From: Chiloscyllium plagiosum
Lineage: Eukaryota
Length of the DNA: 64,000 nt
Direction: 5' to 3'
Assembly (NCBI RefSeq): GCF_004010195.1
Contig: NC_057749.1
Location: forward strand, 18,965,538-19,029,537
The notes below the pieces were generated by a model, which did not search any database, was not told the origin of the DNA, and saw only the letters and a program-made list of their open reading frames with translations. Of the stretch, positions 24,945 through 39,139 are shown in pieces (the first letter of the stretch is position 1; every line of letters starts with the position of its first letter). The translations under genes and the position numbers were made by a program.

Positions 24945-26040
24945 ACATGAGACTTTGGAGCTAGAAGCAGGCCATTCGGCCCTATGAGCCTATTCTACCA
25001 TTCAATAAGATCAAAGCTGATCTGGTTGTGATCTCAACTCCACTTTCCTGTATATCTAATCGACTGTCCAATTCTGCTTGAATAAACTCAATGACCCAGC
25101 CCCCACTGCTTTCTAGGGAAGTGAATTCTACAGCAATCCTCTGAAAGAAAAAAAAATCTTTATTTCCATCTTAAAAGGGAAACACCCCACTCTAAACACC
25201 CTAGTCCTGTTCTCCTCCTGTCTTCCAGAATCCATTTTGTCAAGTCCTCTTGAGATCTTATTTGCTTTAATAAAGTCATCTCTCATTATCCTAAATTCTA
25301 GTGGATATAGCCCAATTTGTTCATCCTTTCTTCATACAATAAACCCTTCACCCCAAGGTGAGTAGAGTGAACATTGACTGAACTGCTTCCAATGCCGTTA
25401 TATTCTATTTCAAACAAGTAGACCTAAACTGTACACTATACTGAAGGTGTGGTACTGCAGTGAAATTTCTTTACTTTTATATACCAGTCTCCTTGCATAA
25501 ACGCCAACATTTCATTTGTCTTACTAAATCGCTTGCTGTACCGACATATTAACCTTTGTGATTCACGAACCACATCACCCAGAGCCTTCTGTACCCCAGA
25601 GTTCTGCAATCTCTTTGTATTTAAATACTATACTGCTTCTCTCCTCTTCCCGCTAAAGCAGACAAGTCTGTATTTACCCACATTGTACTCCATTTGCCAA
25701 AGTTTTGCTCATGTATTTAACATGTCTATATCCCTTTGCAGACTGTATTTCCAGCACAGGCTGAGGTTATCAAGAGGGTCCCTTTCTTTTTTGTCAACCT
25801 TTTCCCTCACCTGAGGTGTGATGACCCTCACCTTAAACCACCACCAGTTATTTCTGTCTAATGATTGAGCAGCTCTATGATGGTCTGGGATTATGGTGAC
25901 TTGACTTTTACTTTCTGTTGGCCACTTACTTTCCCACTTTAGTATTTTCAGCAATTTTAGTTACGATACGTTCGGTCCCATTATCCAAGTTATTGATTTG
26001 GATTATAAATAGTTGAAACCCCAGCACTGATCCGTTTAGC
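24945..26040 (-). mobile_element. Old CR1-type LINE 3' region
   Basis: Tail-like ggccattcggccc...ccattcaataagatc, and RT remnant SLQRDIDMLN in ORF 25709..25954. Confidence 0.7.
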
Positions 26041-26664
26041 AATATAACAGCCATTCCTCCGTAAGATCCTGCAAATCCTCTGACAGAATATTGCTGTCCT
26101 CTTAGATATCAATCCCCAGTTCGAGGCAGTTGTGTTGGGCAGGCAACATTGTCGGCATGCCTGATACAAGACTTCATAACTAGCCGTCCTCTTGATGTTT
26201 GTTACAGTAAGCAGTGACCCAGGAGGATAGAGGAAATTATTTTAAAATGTCCCCAAGTGCTCTCTGAAAATGTGAAATATTCTGAACAGCTCGTGAGACA
26301 CTCTAGTCCATGACAGCCCAATTTGGAGAAGAAACAGCCGTAAAAGAACCAATCATTTCTAGCATATCCAACAGGCTAAGATAGGTAACAAGCAAAAATG
26401 ACAGAGTGTATGACCCATAACACTGGAGTGAAAGGAAGTCATTCTCGATCCTGAGGGACTGCCTAAGAAGAGGAGAGGAGAAAACTCTTTGTAAACTTGA
26501 TTATCATTTAAAACTCTGCTGCTCATGCCTGACTCATACCACATCTTGTTCACCATTAAACAACCATTATTTAAGTCAGCTCACTGACTTACGTTGGCTT
26601 CCAGTTAGGCAACACCTCAATTTTACACAATGTGTCACTGATAAATAATGTGTGATGCTGTAAT

Positions 26665-26851
26665 AAAACAAAAAACTGAGGATTCTGGCAATCTGGAACA
26701 AAGATAGAAATTGCTGGTGAAACTCTCAGTTAACGTTTCAAGTCCAGTGACTTCAGGGCTGACGAGTCACCCGAGAAGAAACCTTTAAAGTTGCTTTCTC
26801 CCCACAGATACTGCCAGACCTGCTGAGTTTAGTCAGCAATTTCTGTTTTTG
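26665..26851. mobile_element. Degenerate palindromic Penelope-derived element
   Basis: agaaattgctggtgaaactc / gagtttagtcagcaatttct inverted arms; relatives at 41623-41725, 57350-57485 and 57652-57780. Confidence 0.6.
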
Positions 26852-29800
26852 AATGCGATACTGTAAGTAACTCTGGCTGATTTTACAAATTGCTTTGTGG
26901 TCTCAACTCTCCCTGTCTTTGCAATCTCATCTAGCCCCACAACCATCTGAAATACCTACTATCTAATTCTGGCTTCTTGGTCATCACTAATTTGAATTAT
27001 GCTACTATTGGTAAAACTTAAACTCTGGATTTCTCTCCCTAAATCTCTGTCTCTTTCTTTCTCCTTTAAAAATTACAATGGGCAAAAATTTTGGTTTGCT
27101 GCTCTAGTATTTACTTATGCAGCTCATCATCATATTTTCTTTTATAGCACTTCAGGAAGCACTTTTGGATGTTTCATTATGTTAAAGGCACTGTATGAAT
27201 ACAAGTTGTCATTAATTGAAAAACGTAACCTAACTCACTTTCTTCCTTACTGCCACTTCAATTTGCCCTTCTTATATTTGTGGCATTGTGCCTTTTTGAA
27301 CATGCCAATCAAGCAGTACTGTCAAAGGAAATATTTTGGATCATCAAACTGGAACATTTATGTTCATTGTTCCTACCTTCTGCCCCCGCCCCCGCCCCCC
27401 ATCCTAGACTGACATTGCAACTTAAAATATCAAAGTTCCAATATATTTGTTTCATTCCACAATACCACCATCAGAAATAAAGTAAAAATCAACAGCATGC
27501 TTCGTAGTTCAGATCTATCAAAACTTTATATTAAAGAAGAGTCACATTGTCAGTTTCATATTGCAAATACTTCATTTCCCAAAAGAGTCTGCTTTCCCTG
27601 ATGATCTTGTACTGTGTTTGAGCCTTCTTTATCAGTTTAATAACTTCCTCAAAGGCACTGCCCTCAGAGTATCAACTTGACTTTAAAAATCTGGGACTTC
27701 ACACATTCTAGGTTGATGTTGTAGCACTGTGCTTGGTCATATATTGTAAAAAAAAAGCTGTGTTTCTAATGACATGCTTACCCACGTCTCATCTATGTTT
27801 TGTTTTAAATCATTTACAACTGTCCGCTTGAACAGGGTAGTTCTCTGTGTCCTGACTAGCAATAAATGTGTCATCCAGGGTCGTCAAAAGCAAATTAACT
27901 TGTCAATTTTGCTTGTGCACCCACTATGATTACACTTTTAATAAAAAAATGTGCAATTCATTGGCATGAATTATGTAGGAACCAATCTTCTCTGTAAGCT
28001 ATATACATGGGCTGCACACTTGGATACATGGCAATTTGAAAGGTATTGTGCAAACTACACTCAAAATGGTGTGAGAAAAACATAAAGGCCCTATGCCTGT
28101 GCATTCAAATGAAGGCTATGCACAACTTAATATTGACAAATGCAAGGTATTCAAACAAGAGAAGGGTATATATGAATCAGAGCTATCGAACACAAGGTAA
28201 GTGGAGTTTAATGGATAGCTCATTGAAAACAAATAGTAAAGAAAGCTATCTGGGACTTGAGTTGAATCATTCTGGCGATATTGCTAGGGCCATGTGTTGT
28301 GGATTCACAAGGATGTCCATGACTTTGGAGATTGTGTCAAAAGACCAAGTAAGGCAAACCTAGCATAAGCCATCCGAGCATGAGAAAACTTTTAAGAACT
28401 TGTGTGTTTTCTAGAAAAGAAAATGTCTGGAAAATGTTTTTTTGTTAAGATCCTTAAAGGGATGAAATCAAATGTACACAGATAATGGGTCTCCAATTGC
28501 CTAAAGGTCTGGAACCAGGAAACACAGGCTTAGGATGAAAAGGGAAAAGACCTGTGCTCAATTTCAATGCATCTTCTTCACTTGATGTGGCCAGTGTATT
28601 CAAATGTATTGTCTGAGGAGTTATATGATAAGGAAATATTTAAGTGAGAATATTGGCACATACTCGTGAGAATGAGCATTTGGAAGGTATCAGTTTTTTG
28701 GGACAACTCTGAATTAACTTGCAATTGACTGATTTGGTTCCTCACTCCCAGCCCATCTCACTTTCTTTTTATGTAGCTGTTAAATAGGTGTCACAGCATT
28801 ACATCATTTGAAAATGTGACAGTATTATTTATGCCCTAATTTAAGATCATTTAGTTACATTAATTAAGAGGGGAGGAACTACCACAGAGCTCTGGGGAAC
28901 TTCACTCAGCAGCAGACCTTGACTTAAACCCTTCCCATCAATAACCACACCACATTGACTGTTCATCCAATTCTTTAAACAATTTTGGTATTCTTTAATA
29001 ATACTATGATCATCTGTAGAGCAGCCACATACAAAAGGTTAACAAAACACAACTCTGCAATCTTTCTTTCAAAGAAACAGTATATATTTAGAAGAAAGAA
29101 AGCTAGCTCTTTGCTTTCTATTTTTGTGCTATTTTACAAACAGCCTTGTGCTAATTATAATTTTTTATATATTTATCTTTCTACTTAGCTGCTATTTTTG
29201 ACCTATATGTATGTGCTGTGTCTTTTCCTTAAGCCGTTTAGATACTACTTGCTTCAATTCCTGAACCTTCACTGTTTCCTGATTTTTTTTTAAAACCCAG
29301 TTTATAATTTAAAGCTTACATAGGAATTAGGGGCAGGTGTTAGCAATTCAGACCTTGGAGCCTGCTCTGCCATTTAACATGAACATGGCTGATCTTATTC
29401 TGGTTTCAACTCCACTTTACAGCTTGCTCCCCATAGTCCATTATCCTGCTTTTCCTCAGAAACATATCTATTTCGTTCTTGGATTTGTTGGTTGATTCTG
29501 CCTCTACTGGACTCTGGGGCAATGAGTTCCACAAATTCAGTAGTTTCTCCTCATCTCAGTTTTGAACCTACCTCCTTTTAACTCTATATCTATGACCTCT
29601 TGTTCGAGACTGTCCCACAAGGGGAAACAAAGGGTCCATTATTTCTTTGTATTCACAGTGTTGTAAGGCTATTTAATTGCTAAAATTCTTCAGGATTATT
29701 TCTGTCATGCCCCCTCCACTGCTAACCTCCTTTCTCTCCTTCCCCTCCTTCCTCTTCTTTCCTTTATTGAGTCAGTCAGGCTGGTATTGCAGTTTTCTTT

Positions 29801-30371
29801 CTAGCGTTCTCCTTTCGCTTTTTATGACATTTTGTTACATGTAATTATCATTCAGTGATGCACCAGATAATATTATTCACTCTTTGCTTTGTGTGTTCAT
29901 GGGGTTTCTATCGAATCCAAACAGCCTTCATTGTAGGACATCTTAGAATCATACAGAGCTATGAAGTCTATGCTGCCAAAAGTATACCACTACTCCACTC
30001 TGCCCACTTTCCCACACGAGGCCCTTACTGAGGCAAAGTGATTATTCAATGTGTCTGTTATTTCCCCTTGGTCATAGATAACATTCTCACTTTCAGTCTT
30101 TAGTTGATCAACATTGCTCCTGACTACTCACTTTCCCTTTTTGATATGCCTCGCAAGTTTTGTTTCATCATACCTTTTAATGATTTATCACCTGCTTTGT
30201 GGCCCTTTGCTGGTCTTTGTATCTTTCTCATTCAGCAGAACCTGTGCTGTTTTCTGACAAATCAGACTGTAAACCTTTGAGATTTATGCTGTAGTTTATA
30301 TCTTTAGTTGCACATGTTTTTTCTGTGAAGTGTAGCTTTTCCCTCTCGGGTATAAAGTGGTTTTCTGTTGT

Positions 30372-30686
30372 TTAGATTAGATTAGATTACTTAGTGTGGA
30401 AACAGGCCCTTCGGCCCAACAAGTCCACACCGCCTCACCGAAGCGCAACCCACCCATACCCCTACATTTACCGCTTACCTAACACTATGGGCAATTTAGC
30501 ATGGCCAATTCACCTGACCTGCACATCTTTGGACTATGGGAGAAAACCGGAGCACCCGGAAGAAACCCACGCAGACACTGGGAGAACGTGCAAACTCCAC
30601 ACAGTCAGTTGCCTGAGGCGGGAATTGAACCCGGGTCTCTAGCGCTGTGAGGCAGCAGTGCTAACCATTGTGCCACCGTGCCGCCC
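30372..30686 (-). mobile_element. Full-length HE1-like V-SINE inserted in an old CR1 endonuclease region
   Basis: Near-identical to other copies; the flanking ORF 30736..30939 has HLSNSDHNMIQF (endonuclease SDH motif). Confidence 0.92.
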
Positions 30687-31199
30687 AAATGTGTTAAATG
30701 TATCTTTAAGCACACTCCACTGTTCTTCAGACGTTTTACCCGTGAGCAGATTTCCCCAGTTTGCTGCAGACAATCTGTCTTATCTCATTAAAGTCAACCT
30801 CACCTAAATCTAAAGCTGTAGTAGCTGATTTGTGCGTTTTGATTTCAGTTGTAACATTGAACTGGATCATGTTATGATCACTGTTTGATAAATGTTCACA
30901 TGCATTTAGGTTACTAAATAAATCTGACTCATAACTCATTGAATAATAAATCCAATATTGCTTGTTACCTTGTTACATCCAGGAAATATTGCTGGAGGAA
31001 ACTATGCTGGACACATTCCAGAAATTCACTACTTTTCTGACAGGTGTTTTTCTGCCTTTCCTAATCTATGTAAAAGTTAAAATCCCCTGATAATTCTATG
31101 GTGGCTTTGCTACACACTTGCCTAGTTTCTGCATTTAGACAACACTTCAGAACTGCTGCCCGAGGTCTATGCGTAACATCTGTTACAGTTTAATAGATG

Positions 31200-34050
31200 C
31201 CTCATCCTGACCCATATCCCTCCAAACCATTCCTATTCACGTACCTATCCAACTTTCTTTTAAATATTGTAATTGTATCTACATCCACCACTTCCTTAGG
31301 AAGTTCATTCTACACGTGAACCCACCTTCTGTGTAAAACATTTGCCTCTCATATTTTCTGTAAATATATTTACTCTCACCTTTAAAATGTGGCTTGAAAT
31401 CCCCATTCTAGGGAAAAGACAACTACCCTTAACTCTTTCTATACTTATCATTATTTTATAAGCTTCCATCAGGCCACCTCTCAACCTCTTACGCTCCAGT
31501 GAAAAACGTCCCAGGCTATCCAGCCTTTCTTTATAACTCAAACCTTGCATACCCGGTAAATCTCTTCTGAACCCTCTCCAGTTTAATAATATCCTTCTTA
31601 TAACTGGGCGACCAGAACTGGGCACCGTATTCCAGAAGAGGCCTCACCACTAACTATGTCAGATGCATTGTCCTTATCGACACACCTGGTCACCTTTTTG
31701 AAAACCTCAGTCAAGTTGGTCAGACATGACCTCCCCTTAACAAAACTATGCTGACTGTTCTTAATAAATCCTTGCTTTTCCAAATTGAGAACACAGTGGG
31801 ACTGATGGTCTGAAGTGTGTTTATTTTACTGCAAGGAGTATAACATGTAAGATGGATGAGCATACAGTCTGGATTAGTACATGGAACAGTGGTGTTGTAG
31901 CCATTGTAAAAACTTGATTGAGAGAAGGGCAGAACTGGTAGCTCAACATTCCAGGGTTTGGATGTTTCAGGCGATTTGGAGAGGGATGTTAGAGGTGGGA
32001 GGGTGGGGGAGTCTCATTACTGGTTGAGGAAATTGTCATCTCCACTCAGAGGACACCTTGAAGGGCTCATCCAATGAATCCATACAGGTAAATCTCAGGA
32101 ATAAGAAAGGAACAGTCGTTATGATGGGGTTATACTATAGGCCTCCCAATAGCCAATGGGAGATAGCACAACAGATATGCAGGCAAATCATGGAAAGATG
32201 TAAAAATAACAGGATTATTGTCATGGGCGATTTTAACTTATTCAATATTGACTGGGATTCTCTAAATGCCAGGGACTTGAATGGCATAGAATTTGTTAGG
32301 TGTATCCAGGTGGGCTTCTTGAAACAATTTGTAGATAGCCCAACATGGGAAGGGACTGTACTAGACCTTGTATTGGGGAATGAGACTGACCAGGAGATCA
32401 AAGTTTCAATTGGAGGAGCAGTTTGCAAACAGTGACTGTAAATCCATTAGTTTTTTAGTTACGGATAAGGATAAGACTGGCCCTTGGGTAAAATGCTAAA
32501 TTGAAGAAAGGCTACTTACAGCAATATTAGGGAGGAACTGGAGAAATTAGATTGGGGTGGCTGTTTGACAGTAACTCCACATCTGACGTGGGAGCCATAT
32601 AAAGGCCGGTCGGTCATAGTTCAGGACCAGCATCATCCTGTGAGGATGATTGATGACGATTCTGGAACCTCTCTTTAGGGTCTTCTCCATACTGGCTTAA
32701 AAATCTCTCCTGTCCCTCTAAATCTTTCACATCTTGACTACCCCAGTTAATGTTGGGAAAGTTGAACTTGCCTACTCTAACCACCCTATTACTTCTATAC
32801 ATCTGCACTGTGCCCACATAGCTGCTGTTCTATTTCTCTTAGGCTGTTAGGGGCACTGTAGTACACTCCCAGCAATGTAATTGGTCTGTTTTGGTTTTTA
32901 AGTTCTATCCATATGGCTTCATTTGAGGAGCTGCCTAAAATGTCATCCCTCTTTACTGCTGTAATTGATTCCCTGATCAAAATTGCAACATCTCCTCTTC
33001 TTTTACCTGCTTCCCTGTCTCTCCTGAAGACCTTCTATCCTGCAATATAGAGCTGCCAATCTTGTCCCCTTCACAACCATGTCTCGTTAACAGAAATTAC
33101 ACCACTACCTCATGTTTTAATTTGTGCCTTCAACTTATCTGTCTTGTTCATGAGGCTCTTGGAATTATAGTAAATACTTTGACTCACTTGTTTTTCTCTT
33201 CCAATTTTGGTTGTTCATCTCCCACCTGCTGAACATTCTCTCTGGACCATATTCCCTACCAATTTAGTTTAAACCCTCTCCAAGAGCAGTAGCTGGATGC
33301 TGATCCTACTCCAGTTTAGGTGCGATCCATCCACTGGCCTCAAAAACAGTCCCAATGTCCCAGAAATATAAAGCCCTTCGTCCTGCAACATCCCTCCAGC
33401 TACACATTTACCTGGACTAACTTCCTATTGCTGTACTCACTGGCATGTGGCAGCAGAAGTATTCCGGTGATTGCTACCTTCTGGGCCCTGTTTTTTAATC
33501 TGCTTTCTATTTTCCTCAATTCTGCTTGCAGGACCCACCCCCTTTTTCTACCTTTGTCATTTTACACCCATATGTATCGCAATCTGTCTGTTTGCCCTTC
33601 CCCTTTAGAATGCCCTGCAGGCTGTTCATCCTCAACCCTGACTCTATGGAGGCAGTGTAATAACATGGAGGCTCTTTCCCCTGCATAGTCATCTCCTCAA
33701 CACTGTCTAAAATGCTGTTAGGGAGTTGGCCACAGTGGATTCCTGAGCTAACTACCACCTACTTCACCTCATGTAGCAGTACTAACCATTAAGCCACCAT
33801 GCTGCCCTTTCTGCCTATTCAATCTTCGCTGATGGTGTGATCACTCACAGAATGTGCTGTCCATGACATGATCAGCATCACAGATGCTTCACAGTGAATT
33901 CACTTGCAGCTCCATTTCTGAAATGCAGCTAGCCTGTGGTGGTATCTGGATACATTCCTGTACATGTGGCCACCTGGAACAACTGAAGCTTCCATGATTT
34001 GTCCCATAGCACAGGAGGAGCATTTCATGGGTGCAAGCTCTGCTTTACTG
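31200..34050. mobile_element. Cluster of CR1 fragments in mixed orientation (- 3'/RT 31200-31790; + endonuclease 31790-32650; - endonuclease/ORF1 32650-34050)
   Basis: FSLERKRLRGG, SQHSFVKGRSCLTNL, GLYYRPPNS...MGDFN...LDLVLGNE and EAIWIEL...GVYYSAPNS motifs in the ORF track. Confidence 0.85.
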
Positions 34051-34709
34051 CCTTTAATTTAAAAGATACTAATGATTTTTTTTAAGAGTACTATTAACAT
34101 GTCTTACGCTAATTTTTCTTCCCTTATCTTACTTTGCTTACTTATGTTATTTTATAATATTGTCAGAAGTCTCACAACACCAGGTTATAGTCCAACAGGT
34201 TCATTTGAAATCACAAGCACTTGGAGCGCTACTCCTTCATCAGGTGAAGCACCTCCACATCATTTATAATATTAGCCCGGATTTTCACTTATTCCTCTTG
34301 TTTCTCAGTTAGTCTCTTTTTCCAAAAGTACACTTTTTAAAACGAAGAAGCAATAAACACGCCAATTTTCTGTAATGTAATTCTTTAATGTATTTTCCCA
34401 ATTCGCAGTGGTTAAACTAGGGCTCCCTTCTCTCTGCTCAGTGTTAGGCCTCCGATCCTGGGCCTCACTTTATACTGTTCAAAAAATGCACCCTTATTTG
34501 CACACAGACTGTCACATAGCGATCAGCCATAGCCTGTCAGGTAATTGAACTGTGGTCTCCCATATGATAGCATGTATCCTAACCACTATACTAATATGGT
34601 GAAGAAAAGTGAAAATGTAATAGTGGTGCAACTGCAATCCAAATCCAGTGTGAATCTATTCACCCTAGGTCCAGCCTCATTGGTTTTCTCTGTTTCCATT
34701 TTCCCTCAG

Positions 34710-34834
34710 AATGTTCGGGATCCATCAGGAGCATCCATTGCCCTCTTCACTGCCAAGTTACATCAACCTAATAAAACTCTGCAACATGTGGTATTGCAAG
34801 CCTTGTTCTATTTACTTGATCAAGCTATTGAAAG
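34710..34834 (+). CDS. PTPN9: Internal exon of PTPN9-family tyrosine phosphatase, Sec14/CRAL-TRIO domain (NVRDPSGASIALFTAKLHQPNKTLQHVVLQALFYLLDQAIE-S)
   Basis: Polypyrimidine acceptor ttttccctcag|AAT, donor AG|gtaagg; 125 nt, phase 0 to 2; the peptide closely matches recalled PTP-MEG2 NVRDPTGASIALFTARLHHP...VVLQALFYLLDRAVDS. Confidence 0.95.
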
Positions 34835-35352
34835 GTAAGGATTTTCTCTTTGTTATTTACAACCTGAAAGCTTTTAGTGAAGTATGCAGATGTGGGGAAC
34901 ATTAAGTTTTGTTTATGTAACCCTTCAAACTGTGACAATTAATATCTACTGGTCTAAGTGATTTATATCCTTCAAACCATTCAAGACACATCAGAGCTAA
35001 TTCCTTTAAAAGGTAAGAGTGTATAGACAAATTAGCAAGAACTACATTTATAAAATTTATAAAATTCATTTTCTATAATGCAACGTCAGCTTTTAATCAT
35101 ATTTTATACACTAATGTCTTTTGGCATGAATTGGTTATTCTAGATAAAGAAAAATGTATTCAAAATTCCTTACGGTTTCAATAAATTGAACCTTGTTATT
35201 TTGAGGTTGATTTTAAACTCTAAAATCAATCTTTAGAGAGGAAAAGTGTATAAATTTAACTGATTGTGGAGCGTTAAGATGCAGAGGTAGTTGTGGTAGG
35301 GAGTGTATTTGAGAGATTAGGTGACAGGAATCTGCTGCTAGTATCTCAGTTT

Positions 35353-35719
35353 ATAGAAGTATAGAATCATAAAATCCCTATAGTGTGGAAACAGGCCATT
35401 CGGCCCAACAAGCCCACACCGATCCTCCAAACAGTAACCCACCCAGACCCATTCCCATAAATTATTACTCTACATTTATCCCTGACTAATGCCTCTAACC
35501 TCCACATCCCTGAACACTATGGGCAATTTTAGCACAGCCAATTCACCCTAACCTACAGATCTTCGGAGTATGGGAAGAAACCGGAGCATCCGGAGGGTAC
35601 CCATGCAGACATGGGGAGGATGTGCAAATTCACACAGACAGTCGCCTGAGGTTGGAATCAAAGCTGGGTCCCTGGCGCTGTGAGGCAGCAGTACTAACCA
35701 CTAAGACACCATGCTGCCC
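35353..35719 (-). mobile_element. Older HE1-like V-SINE
   Basis: Same head, V-domain and tail organisation, more diverged; (atagaatc)-type tail. Confidence 0.85.
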
Positions 35720-37212
35720 CAAGAGCCACCATGCTGCCATAATATGTGTTACTCCTTTTAGCAAGTTGGTTGCATTTCCTAATGTATAGGAGTTGGCATT
35801 ACCCAATTTCTATTAATGGGAGCTTGAAGTGCAATAGTGAAATACCTTTGCGATTAAAACCTGGATTTCTGTGTCTTAAATGTGCAACTCCCTTAATCTC
35901 TGAAGGAGCCAAAGCTAACCCTAAGCATCAAGAAATGGGCTACAGTTCATGAACTCTTCATAAGACCATAAGACATAGGAGTAGAAGTAAGGCCATTCAG
36001 CCCATCAAGTCCTCTCCACCATTCAATCATGGCTGACTGGCATTTCAACGCCACTTACCCACACTCTCCTCGTATTCCTTAATTCCTCACGAGATTAAGT
36101 ATTTATCAATCTGTGACTTGAAGATATTTAACCTCCCAGCCTCCACTGTGGCAATGAATTCAGAAGTAGCCTTCTACTGAAAATACATTTTAAAGTCACT
36201 TTTTGGGTCATGGTGGTGGGTTAATTTGGAAAATGCTCACAGTTTTCTGGGCCATGGCAAGGTTTCTAATTTTTAGAAGTGACCAGATGGAGTGCACAAC
36301 CTTTTCTTGCTGTGTTCCTGTGCTTAACCTGAACTTGCTATGTGTGAAGTTGGAAGTGTGAAGATCCCATCTGCTCTTTGATCTGTTTCTTTGTGCGAAA
36401 ATACTCTTTTAATTCCTTTTGGTTTTCCCATTTGTTGTCCCTTTTCTGAAGACCGCAATGTGTATCATTCACTTGATATAGACAATCTTCCACATCTTTG
36501 CCTTCAGAATAAAATAGTTTCCATGGTGAAATATTAGTGGAAGTGTTGATGATTTTGAAGCAGAAAACAATTTGCTTTGCATTAGAGTAAAAATATACAA
36601 ATAAATAACTAGGAAAAAAGGGTTTTAATATATTTGAGATTTAATTTCCTTTTAGCAAAATTGTGGGAGTAACTTAAAACCTTTTCTATTGAGTGACAAA
36701 TGAGATTGAATCACTACTTCAAAAACAATCTAGTTCCAAAGAGCAATAGAGTTAAGTTGCACATTTCAGATTTTATTTTCAAATTCACTGATTGAGTTTG
36801 CAGTCTTGAAAAGTACTGTTTCATTTGAGAGTTTTGCATCACATGGATGGTTTTTGAACATAGGTCCCCCAGATAAATACAAAAGTGTGATTTTTATACC
36901 TGGTAAATGAGAATATGTGCATTAGATCTGACAACTTTTGTCACCATTTCCAGTGTTTAAACAATTTGTCTCTGACAATTCTGTCACCTGTGAATGTGGT
37001 AGAGATATCTTCAAAATGCATCTTCAAAGTATTCCGTCTTTCCTTAATCAATTTTCCCCAGGTCTGGGAGCTATTAACTAACTGTGATGACCTTTGTTTT
37101 AATTTTTTTCATAATCACGTATGAGTTCTGTCATTGATGTGAGTGCTGTGGTGGAACGACTTATAAAACTTTTCACTGTATCTTTCATGTAAATGTACAT
37201 GTGACAAAGATT

Positions 37213-37239
37213 TCTATTCTATTCTATTCTATTCTATTC
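37213..37239 (+). repeat. (TCTAT)n microsatellite, probably a retroelement tail
   Basis: ttctattctattctattctattctattc following cttttcactgta...gtacatgtgacaa. Confidence 0.8.
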
Positions 37240-37425
37240 CTTTACTGTTCAAACAAATTTAAAATGTAATAGTTCAAGTTTCCCTCCCAGTAATTCCTTT
37301 TAATATTTGAACTGATCTTCTGGCAGCAAAAAAAAAAGTCTGCCCTGCAGTGTTATCATGTTAAGTATTTTGATCAGTTTTTAAAACCAGTTTCTAACCT
37401 TAGTGGCCATCTTTTGTTTCCTTAG

Positions 37426-37531
37426 TTTTGAAACTCAAAGAAATGGGCTGGTCTTCATTTATGATATGGCTGGTTCTGCATACACCAACTTTGAATATGA
37501 CCTAAGTAAGAAAATTCTTCACCTTTTGAAG
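37426..37531 (+). CDS. PTPN9: Internal exon of PTPN9-family phosphatase (S-FETQRNGLVFIYDMAGSAYTNFEYDLSKKILHLLK)
   Basis: Acceptor cttttgtttccttag|T, donor AAG|gtaggt; 106 nt, phase 2 to 0, completes the AG+T Ser codon of the previous exon; FETQRNGLVFIYDM is a PTP-MEG2 Sec14 motif. Not in the ORF track. Confidence 0.95.
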
Positions 37532-38399
37532 GTAGGTCACTCAGCATCATTGACCTAGGCACTGTTGACCATTCATGCATTGGTAAATGTTGGAACTGCA
37601 ACAGGTTTGTTGGGAGGGGAACTGCTCGAGCATGGCTAGGGTTTTCCTTCGTAAAGCTGACATTTTGGAGTATATTTGAAGGATGGCCCCATTCTAGTAC
37701 CGACAAACTATTTCAGACTTCTGGAAGAGAATACTTTGGCGACTTGATAGGACTTAATTGTTTACTCCTTTTTTCTCTGAATAAACCTAGCTCTTGTTCT
37801 CTCTTGTTCCTACCTTTGATCTGTGTGTGTTATTTTAGTTACTGGCATTGCGCTGAGTTTTCCATTGAAAGTTAATCAGGCTTGGTTCTGTAGGAAAGTT
37901 ACTTCCTTGAGTTGAGAATGTAGATGTATATCTGTCAAAGAATATTGGGCAAGAGAACACAAGACCAGGAGTATGCCATTCAGCCATTAAGCCTGTTTTG
38001 CCATTTTAACAAATCAAACCCTGTGATCCATTTTAACCCCATAACCTTTTGTTAATCAGGAAGGAGAAAATGCCCCAAAAATCAAACTTGCACTATTGAA
38101 GACTTTTTTTCTATTCTGCTCATATCTTTGTGATGCCCTTCCAGAAATGGAGGTTGGCATTTTTTTATAGCAGCCATGACCATATTGAATAGTGTGGCAA
38201 GTTCAAAGGGCCAAATGGCATTCTCTTGCACCTAGTTACTAATTTTCTTTATAGAGATTTATCCATACTTGAGATTCTAAAAATAAAGGATAACCTGTTC
38301 AAAAAGACATTGTCTATCGCACAAGTAAGAAGTATATGAATTTTAATGCTGGTGTTACACATCCCACCAACGGATGGATTGTATCAAACAGCATTACCC

Positions 38400-38980
38400 T
38401 TTATTTATACCTTGCCACAGGCATGGTACTGACGATACCTGACCAACTCATTCTTGCAAAACCCAAAGCAGTGTGCCCAACATCAGATATGACTCCATGA
38501 TTGGACAACATTTGCTAAATAACCCAGAGTCTGCTAAGAATTCTGCTGGCAACCAATTTAGAATTGTTGCTCGGCCTCGCAATATAGCAGATTTGAGCAT
38601 ACTAAATACTGCCTATATTAATACACAAGGCCATGTTCTTTGTGAACAGGAAACACATGTACATGCCCTGCACCTGTTCAAATCAACAAAACAGTTGACA
38701 GCTACTCTGCCCTTTATTCTTCAAATCAATTTCTTAATCAATCACAATCAAGCTATTTAATTTGAATTCAAACAAGCTTGGTAGTTAACTGTCAATCATC
38801 ATCTAACTGATACAGTGACAGTGTCACTTCTCCCAATCAGGGACCACTTGCCAATAAATGAGTACTTGCTTCTCACACAGTGTAAATGTAATTTTCCCTT
38901 TGGTATTTCTTGCAAATTGTCCTGATGAATACAAGATAAAAAGCTTTGATAAAATATCTTTTTCAGTGACACTCGTGTTC
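38400..38980 (+). mobile_element. Decayed Penelope-like element, GIY-YIG C-terminus and terminal region
   Basis: ORF 38473..38760 SMIGQHLLNNPE...FRIVAR...AYINTQGHVLC; degenerate cctgatga...aaaagctt motif near 38921. Confidence 0.7.
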
Positions 38981-39139
38981 AAGCTTGTTCGATGTATACA
39001 ACTTAGTTGTATTATCAGTTAACCATAGTGCCCCCTTGGTGGTTGTGGTCTTTCTTTTTAGAAAGTTGACTTTATGGATAGGATGGATTCTATTTGATAT
39101 GTGGTTTGGCTTTAGCTGTTACATATGACCATACTTGAC

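Noticed and set aside
31200..32650. Twin-priming 5' inversion of a single CR1
   Set aside because: The breakpoints of the minus and plus parts are far apart in element coordinates and no TSD was seen; independent fragments are simpler
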